A stretch of 64,000 bases of DNA from Geosiphon pyriformis uo1 (taxonomy: Eukaryota > Fungi > Glomeromycota): the NCBI GenBank assembly GCA_016748015.1, contig JAAOMT010000690.1, forward strand, positions 527,720 through 591,719. Reading direction: 5' to 3'. The notes beneath the pieces are model-generated. The model was not told the DNA's origin. It saw nothing but the letters and a program-made list of their open reading frames with translations, and did not search any database. This document shows positions 42,927-54,900 of this stretch, in pieces. Positions within the stretch are counted from its first letter, which is position 1; each line of letters starts with the position of its first letter. The position numbers and the translations under genes were made by a program.

Positions 42927-44091
42927 ACTTAATAAAAATAGTAATACTATTTATTAAAAAAGTCTATTTTTATTAAAAATTAAATTAAAAAATATTGTTA
43001 AAATAAGATTAAAATTTTTTTTGATTTTAAAAATAAAATAATAATAATAATAAAAATAAGATTAAAAATAAAAATAAAAAATAAATTAAGATTATTAAAT
43101 ATAAAAGCTAATTAATATTGTAATTTTATTTTTTAAAAAAGTTTTTAATAAATTTAATCAAAAAAATATATTATAAATAGTACAAAATTTAACTAAATGC
43201 TTATTTAAAAACAAGTTTTAAAAAATTTAAGTTATTTTTGTTGTGTTTGAAACAATTTTTTTTTAATTATTATAGTAAATATAAATAATAAAATAAATTT
43301 TGAAAATTTTATAAAAAAACTACTTTTCTGTTATAAATTTGAGTAAATAAATAACAAAAAAAAATATTAAAAATAATAAAAATAATAATAAAAAAATTTA
43401 ATTAAAAAAATAAATTAAATTTGTAAAAATTAATATATATAATTAATTTATATAATTAATTTTAAAATTATAACTGTTTAATTTTTCTAAAAAATTTAAA
43501 GGTATAGTAATAGTTTATTATATTTATGTTTTTACTTATTTTTAAATTTAATTATAAAATTTTACTTACAAAAATTGACTTGTTTAATAAATATATAATT
43601 AAGTTATTAACGTTTTAATAATTTAAATTATTTTTTTATTGATTATTAAAAATAAATACCAAAATTTTTTTATATTAAAAGTATTATTATTATTATTTTG
43701 TTGTTTAAAAATTTATAAAACTATAATATATATCTTTTAATAATATAAATTTTTTAATAAAAATAAATAATTAATAATTTTGTAAAAAATATAAAGTATT
43801 AATGTAAAAGTTATTAAATATAAATATATAAATATGTTTAAAATAAAAAATTAAATAAGCATTAAAATAGAAAATTGTTAAATACTTAAATAAAATAAAA
43901 ACAAATAGTTTTTTTAATTTATATAGCTTAAATTATTGGTTATATATAAAAAATGTGTAAGTAATATTTTTGTTGTATATTTTAAGTTTTAATTAAATTA
44001 TATTTAATTAATACATACAAATAACATTATTAAATTTGTTTTATTTATAAATTAAATATATAAATTTTATTTAATAAGTTTAAAATTAATA

Positions 44092-46588
44092 TAAAGTTAT
44101 ATATATATATATAAAATAATAATAAAAATATATTTTAATACTGGTTTAATTTTTTCCAATTTTAAAATTTACAATTATTTTTATTTTAAAATAATAAAAC
44201 GAATTTTATTCAATATTAAAATATATAAAACAATAATAATCTTAATTTAACAAAACAAAAATAATTTAATGAATATAATACAATAATTATTAAAAAAACA
44301 ATTATATTATAGAGTAAAAACTCTGATTATTGTTGTAACTTAACAAAGGCGGGTTTGTTACCTAAATAGTAAATTTATACTGATAAATCAAAGATCTGAA
44401 ACGTCATTGACACGAACCAAACATATATTAGGCCATATCTTCCCAAACCATAACAAACACGCAAAACACCATGTCTGAAGATATTAAACGTGAATTAGAA
44501 GACGTAAAGACCGAGTATAGGAGATGCGTGGAGAAGCTAGATAGGTTAAATGAATTAAAGAAGAAGTTGAGAGGTAAAAAGTGGACGGACAGTGATGAAA
44601 AGGAGGCATGGATAGAAGAAAAGGAAGAGCTAGAAGAAGAAGTGAAGGAGCTAAAAACGAGTAAAGATAGATGGGAGGTGCAGATGCAAAAATTACAAAT
44701 TGCTTTGATGGAAATAACTAAGATAGGTAACGACTTCGTGACTTGTGACTTGAACGTTGGGGACAGAGTTTATGACTTTGGATAATGACTGACTCATGAG
44801 TGTTGCACTCGCAACTTCAACGTTCTTGAATGTTGTTTCACTTGCAGAACTCGAGCGTCCTCCAAAAAGACCACGCAGCGGTATTGTACATTTTAACACA
44901 GATTTATACGTTAATGTTGATAGTCTCCCCAGTTTTAACAATTTTAACAATAGAGCGCGACAAGACTAAGTTTCTATGTGAAAACCTCATTCAGCCATTT
45001 GATATTATGCCAACTCATGCTGACCAGTTGGTGGACCTCATTAATACGCCTCTTCTTGCAAAGCTTCCCGTGTGTTTATACTCGGACTTAGGAAAAGTAT
45101 GACCTTGATTTTCATATTAGCTGTTCTTAATCTATTCATAATTGACAATATTATCTTATTTTGACAAATGCCAGTTTCGAGAACTTGATGACTGTATCTA
45201 TTATGATGAAATAGATAGGGCGAGTGAATTAGCAACTGTGATCAAGGCTGCCCTCTCTGAGACGAGGTTTACCCAAATTAAAACCGAAATAGAGCTGGTT
45301 GCGTATGTGGATATTTTAATCATACAACTCCTGAGATTACTTTGCAGTAACTCTGATTTTCAAATCGAATTTTCCCGTAACGCGACTGAGCAGTATGTTT
45401 TCATTTTGTATTCTGTTCTTGGTGTTTATTAGTTTTTGTTTCCATGTCTAACATTAATTTTACACTTTGTTTTCTAAGGAGATATACAACGAAATCAAAA
45501 AGCAATCCAGCGACAAGAAAAAAGACTAGACCTGATCTTCTTGGATATGTTAAAGATGTAGTAGTGATAAAAAATGAAGAGAAGGCTGCACGAATCGATC
45601 TTGAAACTGCCAAAGAAGAGCTCATATCCAAGTTTAGCAAGCTCGATCCATTATATTTCGGGAATATTCAATTTTTAATTTGTTTTGCTGTAGCAAATGA
45701 CATTATGTGCTTTTATGCAATTGATGGTCCCAGCAAGACGTTGGTTCCACTGTCCACAGAACTTTACCTGTATGATCTCAAAGCTCGATACACATCTATC
45801 AAGATATGCATCAATATTGTTCGTATCCTTAAAACCATGATCACAAAGAATGCCTTCCCTGCTAAAGTAATCCCTCTCGGTAAGTCATTGGACTTCGGAC
45901 ATTCTACAATTACTTTCTTTGAAGACCATGTCCAGAAAGTTGTTCCGGAGAGTGAACTCTATGGCTTAGAGAAGGACTGCAAACGTGTTGATACATTAAA
46001 GGACATGTACGAGCTTGCCAAAGGTCATCACGGACTCGTTCAGATCTTCAAAGCACCATCCTTAAAAGCCAATCGGAAAGGTCCAGGGAGATATACAGTC
46101 AAACTGAAGACACGTGGCCTTGAACGCTTACCGGAAAACGAGGAAACAACACGAGTAATGACGCGCAGTTTGCTAACTGGACTGAAGACACTTCATGAAA
46201 AAGATTTCGTCCATCGCGACATTCGTTCATCGAATATTATTTACGATTTGAATAATTCTCAAGGCTACGAATATGTTCTTATTGATTTCGAGCATGGAGG
46301 TAAAATAAACGAAAAATTTGACAGCTTATTGACAGACTGGGATGATGGCACGTGTGATGAGAATAATACCTACACAACTCTTTCGGACATGTATCAATTA
46401 GGCAAGTTATTAGAACGGCTTAATACGGTGTCTTCTGATGATGGAAAGGACTTTATAAGTAAATTAAAAAAAAAGATGCTGGGAGCAGATGCAGCGCTCC
46501 AACACCCATGGATTGTTTCAATTTGAGCTATAAGTAACGTATTTGGTGACTTGATCTTTATTTGTTAATGTATGTATATGTAGCTTTA
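44092..46588 (+). mobile_element. Candidate TIR-bounded Crinkler-like cassette B
   Basis: Left end TAAAGTTATATATATATATA (44092-44111) equals, apart from four C>T changes, the reverse complement of the right end TGTATGTATATGTAGCTTTA (46569-46588). Cassette A begins with TAAAGCTACATATATATATA (28541). No TSD identified. Confidence 0.5.
44471..46526 (+). CDS. Crinkler-like effector: coiled-coil header, NLS micro-exon, PD-(D/E)xK REase-like domain, Ser/Thr kinase
   Basis: Exons 44471-44726, 44848-44880 (ELERPPKRPRS), 44954-45096, 45175-45392, 45479-46526 splice in frame with no stops. RPDLL..KNEEK nuclease-like motif; kinase HRDIRSSNII, LIDFEHG, SDMYQLG, HPW. Confidence 0.85.
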
Positions 46589-47423
46589 GGACGCTACAAT
46601 ATTATTAATAAAAATAAAATGTGAGCAAATGAAACTTTTCTGTATTCTTGATTAGTAAGTAGTCTTATTACATTATTGAGAATTTTTTTGGCAAAAGTGA
46701 AAAGACTGGCTAAATTTAGAATTGATGAAGTATGAAATGTTTAAAAAAATATGCCAGTTTTAGACTTTTTGCTTAACAAAAATAGAGTTTTTTTTTGTTT
46801 ATATATAAATTATGCATATTGTTTTATAATAGAAATTAGTGACTGTTTATTTAAACAAATTTACATTAATATTATATGTAATTAAAAATTTGTTTAGAAA
46901 AAAGTAAATAATATTTTATTTTTACAAGTATATTTGTAAAATTAAGATGCTTAAATATTAAGTTCTATTTATTTTAATGTATTATGTTGATATTTATTAA
47001 TATTATTTTTAAAAGATATAATTTAAATTTTTATTTAAAATTGTTTAATAAAATTAATTTTGAAAATAACAAACAAAGTTTTAAGTTTTAGTTNNNNNNN
47101 NNNNNNNNNNNNNAATTGCTAAATTAATCTATTTACAATATATTATTACCAACTAAAAAGTAAAAGAAAATTAACATAAAATTAATTTTATAATTCTTAT
47201 TATTTACTATTATATATTAATTAAATTATATTTTATTATTAATTATTTTATTATTATTTTATTAAATTATCAAAAATTAATATAAAAAAAAACTTTTTTC
47301 TCTCCTTCGTCCCAAATTCCTGAAAAAGAGTCAAATTTTGAAAGAAGTTTTTTCTGTTTTTGCATACTGTCTTCCATTATTTTACAAGAATCAAACCCTT
47401 TTGTTGTTGGTCCAGCTGCCACT

Positions 47424-49267
47424 ATGAGTGGTCCTAGTGCTAAGAGAAGGTCTGCCAGAGTCTTGACCACTAGTTCAGTTGGTGGTGGTTTAACTCAAAA
47501 AGTCAAAAAGCCTCTCAGTGGTGTTAAACTTTCAGGTACAGATAAGAATCTCAAAGTTGGTGAACCTGTTAGTGTAGATGGGCAACTTACTAGCATGGAT
47601 ATGAATGAAGAAGCCTTTGATGGTAAAGCCACCTCTGACTCCCAAATGAATACGCCCAATGCAAAGCATTTCAATACTGGTGCGGTTATCATTTCCCTTC
47701 TTGGCTCTATCAATTATGACATGAATAATGATGAAGAGGAAGTTTCTTTTCCTCCTCGGTTGTCTTTCTCTTTGGAAAAGATGTGGGTGGACCCCAAAAT
47801 TGTTAAAACTCAGATGGAAGTGGCTGTGAAGAAATTATTTGCTTTGGACATCAATCTTTCGGCTGTGGAAAGGAAATCGGCAACAGCTAAAACTCAGGTT
47901 GTTAGGAAATTATTTTCAGGAATTAATGGTTTTGGGGGGGCCACTATCCCCTCAAAATTTGAAGGGATCATCTGATCAACATTTACTTTATTGGAAAGCA
48001 TGGAAAAGGCCACGTTATTGGCCAAGGAAAATAACATCATTGTAAACAGCGATCTCAAGAGACAGGGAATACACTCAGATCGGGCCATAGTAATCAGAAA
48101 ATTCCCATAAATACGCCAAAGGAAATGATTGTCGCCACAGTGTCTGAATTTGGTCAAGTGGTGTCAATCCGATTGCAACTCATTGGGCTGTGGCAAAAGG
48201 CTATAGTGGAGTTTGTCGAATCAAGTCAGGCAGATCAGTTGGCAGCTAAGTGGTCATTCTTAATTGGGAAGGATTCAGTGCGCGTGGCCAAGGCTGTGTA
48301 GGATCGTGAGATATGGGCGTCTAGAGATTGGTATAGAGCGCTTTTGTTTACTTTGCCAGTGGGAACAACAGCTCATGATCTTGGCGATCTTTTGGTGGGA
48401 GCTGGTGAGAAAACTTGTGTCATTAATCATTCTTTAGTCACTGGCTATAAAATTTGTTGTGCTGTGATTTGTTTTGAGAATGATGAGGATTTGGAGTCTG
48501 TGTTTCGTACAGAGCCTATTTTTGGTGGGGTAAAACTTTCTTGGGCTAGATTGGATCTGGTTCGATGTGACCAGTGTGAGAAACTTGGTCATTTAGTTCT
48601 GGAGTGTGGTGCTGAGGTCTCACATTCTCCTAAACTTTCCAAATCATTTAAAAAGGTTGTCTCTGATGAAACCTGCCTCCAGTTGGCCAAGCTATATGCA
48701 AAAAAAAGTGTGCCTATTTCTAGACCAGCTGCGTTCGGCGGCAAATCATGGGCCCAAGTTGTCTCTCTAGCATCTTCATCTAATGGTCCTCACTTTGGTT
48801 CTGGTCCTGATTTTGTCTCTTCTCCTGGCACCTCAGGTTTGGTTGGTAACTTGTCTCTCGCAGGTTCTGTTGGTTTGATTTTGAAAACTCATCTCACTTC
48901 TTTGGAGCACTCTTTGGAACTTCTCATGGATAAGGTGTCCGGTATTATTGACAAACTTGACAGTTTAAGCTTGGTGCCCTCGGCTCTTGATTCCTCTTCT
49001 CAGCCCTTGGCTGCTCCTGGTTTGGTTAATATAAAACTTGGTTTGGATATGGTTTTGGATGAACCTGATTCTGTGGTTATTCCTTCTTCTTCGGTTTCCT
49101 ATGATACTTCAAATTTGGGTTTGAGTAGTTCGAAAGTTCTGACTTCGAAAGTGGATTGCTTGGAATCAAAGTTGGTGGCTCTCGAAGCTTCGGTTAGTTC
49201 GGTATTGGAGAAGTTAAATCAGATGTGTGCTGGCTCGGATTCTGCGGTTTTTTTTGCAACCCGATGA
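47424..49267 (+). pseudogene. LINE B ORF1
   Basis: Homologous to LINE A ORF1; CDQCEKLGHLVLEC knuckle; in-frame stops. Confidence 0.87.
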
Positions 49268-50682
49268 ATGATTTAGTATGGAAGATAGCCATGTGTAATG
49301 TCAGGGGAATGAACAATTCAGCTAAGTAAGAGGACATTATACATTGGCACAGAGATATGAACAATTTAGTTTCAATTGTCACTGAGACAAAGTTAAAAGA
49401 TAAGGTACGGCCTTGGATTGCTAGCAAGTTCGATGGTGTTTGGGTCTTCATTTCCGATTTGAATTCTGGTCATCTTGGTTCTGGTGTGGTGATTGTTATG
49501 AACAATTCTCTGGCCAGGCACGTGTACAAAGTTTCTGAGGTCCCTGGTTGCCTTATTTCTGTCAAGTTGCTTTTTAAGAATAAACTCTCGGTTTCTTTTT
49601 TGGGTCTGTATGCTGGCGCATCGGCTTCAGTGCGCTTCTCTCAGACTGATGACGTGAATGCTATGATTGCTAGTGCTGTGAATAAATCATCTTTTGTGGT
49701 CTTAGGTAGTGACTTCAATGAGGATGGTTTGCATAGAAGCACCAGTTTCAGGAAGTGTGGTAGCTTGGGTCTGGTCAACTCTCTTGTCTACAGTCTGTTT
49801 GTGAAAGTTCCAACTTGGAGTAATTCCCAGGGTGTGACAAAGACAATTGATTATCTTTTCATATCTCCCAATTTGGTCAATGCTATTGTAGATTGTGATG
49901 TTTTGGATGTGTCCGACTTCTTTGATACTGACCATCAAGCCGTTTCTGCATCGATTGGTTTAGGTGGTCTCTTGGATACGCGTTTGTGTTCTGTTCGCAA
50001 GCAGGCCAATAAGGATTGTTGGAAGTACGATTTTAAGGATGTTAGTGTTGCCTTGTGGTTAAGATTCAGGGAGGCCACAGCAGTGAATGCTGCCATGTTC
50101 TCTGATGATTTCTTGGCTGCCAGAGATCTGTCTAATTTGGATGCGATGTGAGATGCTGTTCGAAAAACTATGTGTTTCTCAGCGAGTGAAGTTTTCAGAA
50201 AAAAATGGTTTAAAGATTATGATGGTGTTTTCACTAAGCATTCATCCAGGTTCCATAAGCTAGAACTTTTAGTGTTCAAGTTGGTCAAAGCTTCCCGTTT
50301 TGTTGATTGTGATGTGTTTGTATCACTGCTTGATACTTGGGAAGCACTTGATTCTACTGGTGCTGCTGTGGTGAGGTCTCTTTTTCTCTCAAAGTCTCCT
50401 TTTGACAACATTCGTTCAGCTCTGTCCAAAGCCAGGAAGTCTTATCGTGCCTCAATGTTATTGGAATCGAAACGTGCTGAAGAGTTGCAGATTAGATCTG
50501 CTGTTAATAAAAGGATGGAGACCTTTGAATCTAACAAAGGTCACACTATTAGAAGCATCTTGGAGAAGCCTTTTCACAAGGTGGTTTTGGATTATTTGGT
50601 AGTTGGTGATAAGCTGTATTTGGAACCTGATCATGTTAAAAAAAAAGTGGATGAAATTATGGAGGGGTGGACTTGTAAACAT
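49264..50682 (+). pseudogene. LINE B ORF2, 5' part (AP endonuclease)
   Basis: MNDLVWKIAMCNVRGMN, TETK, GSDFN, IDY, DTDH. Confidence 0.9.
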
Positions 50683-51683
50683 TGTTACTGGAGGTTTTTG
50701 GTCTCTTTTCTGTAATGTTGTTGATTTTTATTTGCTGTAAATTCACGTTTTCAGGAAGTAGTTGAACCTCCAATAACTGAATTTATTTTCAAATTATCTT
50801 CTATAATTTGAACTTGCTGGGCTTATAAGTAGAATGGCCAATTCTGTGCCAGTTGCTTTATGTAGTTACATTGTAGTAAACATCAACTCTTTCCCAGGAA
50901 TTGCTCATCTGGAAGCTCACTAAAAATGTGTAGTTACTTTGCTGTAAAAGTCAACTCTTCTACAGGAATCTTGTCTGTAGGCTACTTTAATGATTGTAAT
51001 AAGAAAAGAAAAGAAAAATAAAAGAAGTGTAAAAGAAATAGGATTTTATCAAGGGAAACGTTTTCTATCCAGACCTGGAGTCACTAACAGTTTACTGAAA
51101 TTGGTAGCTAATCAATTTTAAAATGTTAGTTGGTTTTTGGGGATTTTCCAAGAGCAATAATTAAAGAATTTGGTTTTTCAAATTATTTGGTATTTATTTC
51201 TTTTTGTGTGTATAGAAATGGTTTTAAGTAATAAATCTAAAGTAAGATACATTTTCTTGAAGAGAGAAGCTTTTCTTTTATACAACTTGTTGTAACACTA
51301 TTCTATGAACTTGAACTTTGCTATTTTCTACAATTTTACTGAACTAAAGATACATTTTGGCAAACTACAAGTTATTTTTGTGAACTATTAGATATTTCGG
51401 TGAACTATCAATTATTTCGGCAAATTTCTATAAATTTCAACGAACTTCTATAAATTTTGGCGAACTTTTGAATGTTACATAGTTCGGAGTATTGCATGAT
51501 TGATCATTGCAATTAGGTTATATTTGTGTTGTGTACAATTTGGATTATTAATTAAATGATAATTTCGGACATTCTTTGCTAATATAATAAGTGATAATTT
51601 GAAACGATAATATATGCTAATTAATGATAGGAATTATAAGATAGTTTCATGCTAAATGATATCTCTAATTTCATCTGGTAACA
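50683..51683 (-). repeat. 3' LTR (1001 bp)
   Basis: Direct repeat of 59485-60474 with an 11-bp indel; adjacent to the PPT. Confidence 0.95.
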
Positions 51684-52567
51684 TAACCTTCTCCTCAAGA
51701 CTGAGCTCTGTTGAAGTCCAAGTACTGTCTGTTATTTCCAGATAATAATCCAAAATTATTGAAGAAATTTGGTTTGAAAATTGTTAAAATTTCAGTTTTG
51801 TGAGCTTTCCAATGTATTGAATCTTTAAAGATTGAAAAATTGGGTTTTGTAGTATGTTTTCACAGGTGTGGAATAGGTCATAAAGTCTAAGAGCAGCTCT
51901 AAGCCTGTAGTGACTGTTTGTTGATCCAGCTGTTGTCTTGAATTCGTTGTGGAGTTGTTTCTGAATAGCTTCTTTTGTGAAGNNNNNNNNNNNNNNNNNN
52001 NNNNNNNNNNNNNNNNNNNNNNNNNNNNNNNNNNNNNNNNNNNNNNNNNNNNNNNNNNNNNNNNNNNNNNNNNNNNNNNNNNNNNNNNNNNNNNNNNNNN
52101 NNNNNNNNNNNNNNNNNNNNNNNNNNNNNNNNNNNNNNNNNNNNNNNNNNNNNNNNNNNNNNNNNNNNNNNNNNNNNNNNNNNNNNNNNNNNNNNNNNNN
52201 NNNNNNNNNNNNNNNNNNNNNNNNNNNNNNNNNNNNNNNNNNNNNNNNNNNNNNNNNNNNNNNNNNNNNNNNNNNNNNNNNNNNNNNNNNNNNNNNNNNN
52301 NNNNNNNNNNNNNNNNNNNNNNNNNNNNNNNNNNNNNNNNNNNNNNNNNNNNNNNNNNNNNNNNNNNNNNNNNNNNNNNNNNNNNNNNNNNNNNNNNNNN
52401 NNNNNNNNNNNNNNNNNNNNNNNNNNNNNNNNNNNNNNNNNNNNNNNNNNNNNNNNNNNNNNNNNNNNNNNNNNNNNNNNNNNNNNNNNNNNNNNNNNNN
52501 NNNNNNNNNNNNNTAAAGCTAACATTAGTTTTTGGGATAATTGTTGAATGTTTTGAGGAATAGTCAT
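51652..52567 (-). pseudogene. Accessory ORF3 between integrase and 3' LTR (middle in N-gap)
   Basis: ATG at 52567. After the gap, one frame reads KQLHNEFKTTAGSTNSHYRLRAALRLYDLFHTCENILQNPIFQSLKIQYIGKLTKLKF*QFSNQ..EEKVMLPDEIRDII* through the PPT into the LTR. One premature TAA at 51786-51784. The join across the gap is assumed. Confidence 0.6.
51687..51696 (-). other. Polypurine tract GAGGAGAAGG
   Basis: Lies 3 nt upstream of the 3' LTR on the minus strand. Confidence 0.85.
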
Positions 52568-52682
52568 TATAAGTAATTGAAAAAATAAAAAATTATTTTT
52601 GGTGTATGGTTTTTTATGTTATTTTTGTTTTGTTTTTGTGAGATTGTTTCTAAATTATAAGAAAATAACTAGTAAAATTAAA

Positions 52683-54900
52683 TTAAGTGTTCAGTTTGGA
52701 AGGTTGTTCAATGACAACTATTGGTTCTAAGTTTTGGGGAATATCTTTGGGACTAACCAAAAAAGAATGTATACCAATTTGTGAAATTAATAGTTCAGAA
52801 TTGTTTCTGAAATGATAGTGTTTCAAACAATCTCCATGTGCAACTTTTGCTAGAATTTTGTCATCAAGTCTTAGCTTGTATGATCTATTGCTTAGGATTT
52901 CATGGATAAAAAATGGTCTATCCCATTTATTTTCAAATTTTTCACTCCATTGTTTTTCAGCTTTAGTTTTGTGTAAGAGAACTTTGTTTCCAATTTTGAA
53001 TTTATTGGTGACTGAAGGCAATTTGTCATCATGCCATTCTTTTTGTTGAGCTTGGGAGTGTTCAATATGGGTGGCTGCTATTCGTTGTTTTCCTTCCAAT
53101 GTGCTAAGCAAAGTGTAGGCTCTTCGCTGAAGCGTTTCTTGGAAATTGTTTTCATCAATCGGTTGTGCTGGGTATGTTTCCATTGTGAAACTAATTAGTA
53201 ACGTTGCCGTCTTTCCATAAGTTAAATCAAATGGTGTGTGTTTCGTGGTATCTTGTTTTAATGTCCTATATGCTAGTAACACTGATGGAATAAAGAGATC
53301 CCATTCTTGCTCAAAATCAGTTGAGACTTTGGCTAATGACTCACACAATGTTTTGTTAAAACGTTCCACAAGTCTGTTTGTTTGTGGATGGTAGGGTGAA
53401 GACAGAGGTCTTTTGACATTGAATTGTTCACAAATTTTTTGTATCAGGTTGTTCACAAAGTGTGTTCTCTGATCAGATAAAAGTTTAATTGGACATCTAT
53501 GACTACAAATGATGTCTTCGTAGATGAAATTTGCTACTGATTTTGCATCTGCTCATTGAATGGCTCTGGTTTCAGGCCATTTAGTAAGATAGTCTACAGC
53601 TACTGCAATATAACAGTTTCCTTGAGTGGTAATAGATAGTGGTCTGATTAAATTGATACCAACTCTGTCAAAAGGCTGTTCAACTTTGATTGGATTTAAA
53701 GGTTCTGTAGGGCGAGTTCCTCCTTTTCTTTGACAACTATCATAAGATTCGACATATTCGTGAATGTTTTTTCTCATTTGAGGCCAAAAGTAGTATTCTA
53801 GTGTTCTTTGGGTGGTGCTATCTTTTCCGAAGTGTGCTGATGAAAGATCTGAGTGCATATTGTATAAAATGGTTTTTTTTTTCTGTTTTTGTATTAATCT
53901 GAGTGGTTTGGTTGGGTTTTTGAAATTTTGATGATAGATAATATTGTTGTGTAGAAAATATTGTTTGGCTTGTTGTTGTAACTGATGTTTTTTGTCTGGG
54001 GACCAATCTGTTGGGATTGTTAATGTCTCCAAATATTGTTTGAGATTGTTGTAGTTTTCGGGGTTTATTGTTGGTTGTTTTGATGCTGTTAATNNNNNNN
54101 NNNNNNNNNNNNNNNNNNNNNNNNNNNNNNNNNNNNNNNNNNNNNNNNNNNNNNNNNNNNNNNNNNNNNNNNNNNNNNNNNNNNNNNNNNNNNNNNNNNN
54201 NNNNNNNNNNNNNNNNNNNNNNNNNNNNNNNNNNNNNNNNNNNNNNNNNNNNNNNNNNNNNNNNNNNNNNNNNNNNNNNNNNNNNNNNNNNNNNNNNNNN
54301 NNNNNNNNNNNNNNNNNNNNNNNNNNNNNNNNNNNNNNNNNNNNNNNNNNNNNNNNNNNNNNNNNNNNNNNNNNNNNNNNNNNNNNNNNNNNNNNNNNNN
54401 NNNNNNNNNNNNNNNNNNNNNNNNNNNNNNNNNNNNNNNNNNNNNNNNNNNNNNNCAGGTGAATTAAATGTAGCTCGAAAGATGGTGAATAAACATCAGT
54501 GTCATCAAGATAAACTACTACTGATTTCCAAAGGAGGCCTTTGTAAACAACATCCATGAGTCTTTGGAATGTTGCTGGTGCATTGCATAATCCGAAAGGC
54601 ATTACATTGAACTCGTAATTTCCTCCTTGAGTGGTGAATGCTGTTTTGGGGCAGTCTTTGGGATCCATAGCAACTTGCCAGTATCCACTCTCTAAATCTA
54701 ATGTTGAAAAGTATTTGAACTTTCCAAGGGCATCCAACATGTCATCAATTTGGGGAAGAGAGTAGGCATCCCCAATGGTGACACTGTTGAGTTGTCAGTA
54801 ATCAACACAAAATCATATCTTTCCATTTTTCTTTTTAACTAGGACCACAGGTAAGGCTCATGGGCTCATTGATGGTTGAATAAGCCCATTGTTAAGCATC
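52683..54900 (-). pseudogene. Gypsy reverse transcriptase and integrase
   Basis: RT: LPQIDDMLD, LDLESGYWQV, KTAF, MPFGLCNAPATFQ, VYLDD. INT: H..SAHFG..CQ zinc region, AVDYLTKW, SDQ, YHPQTN.LVERFN. Confidence 0.93.

Noticed and set aside
42930-44090. Near-pure A/T tract as a centromere or origin
   Set aside because: No periodic structure; better explained as end-stage decayed TE DNA.
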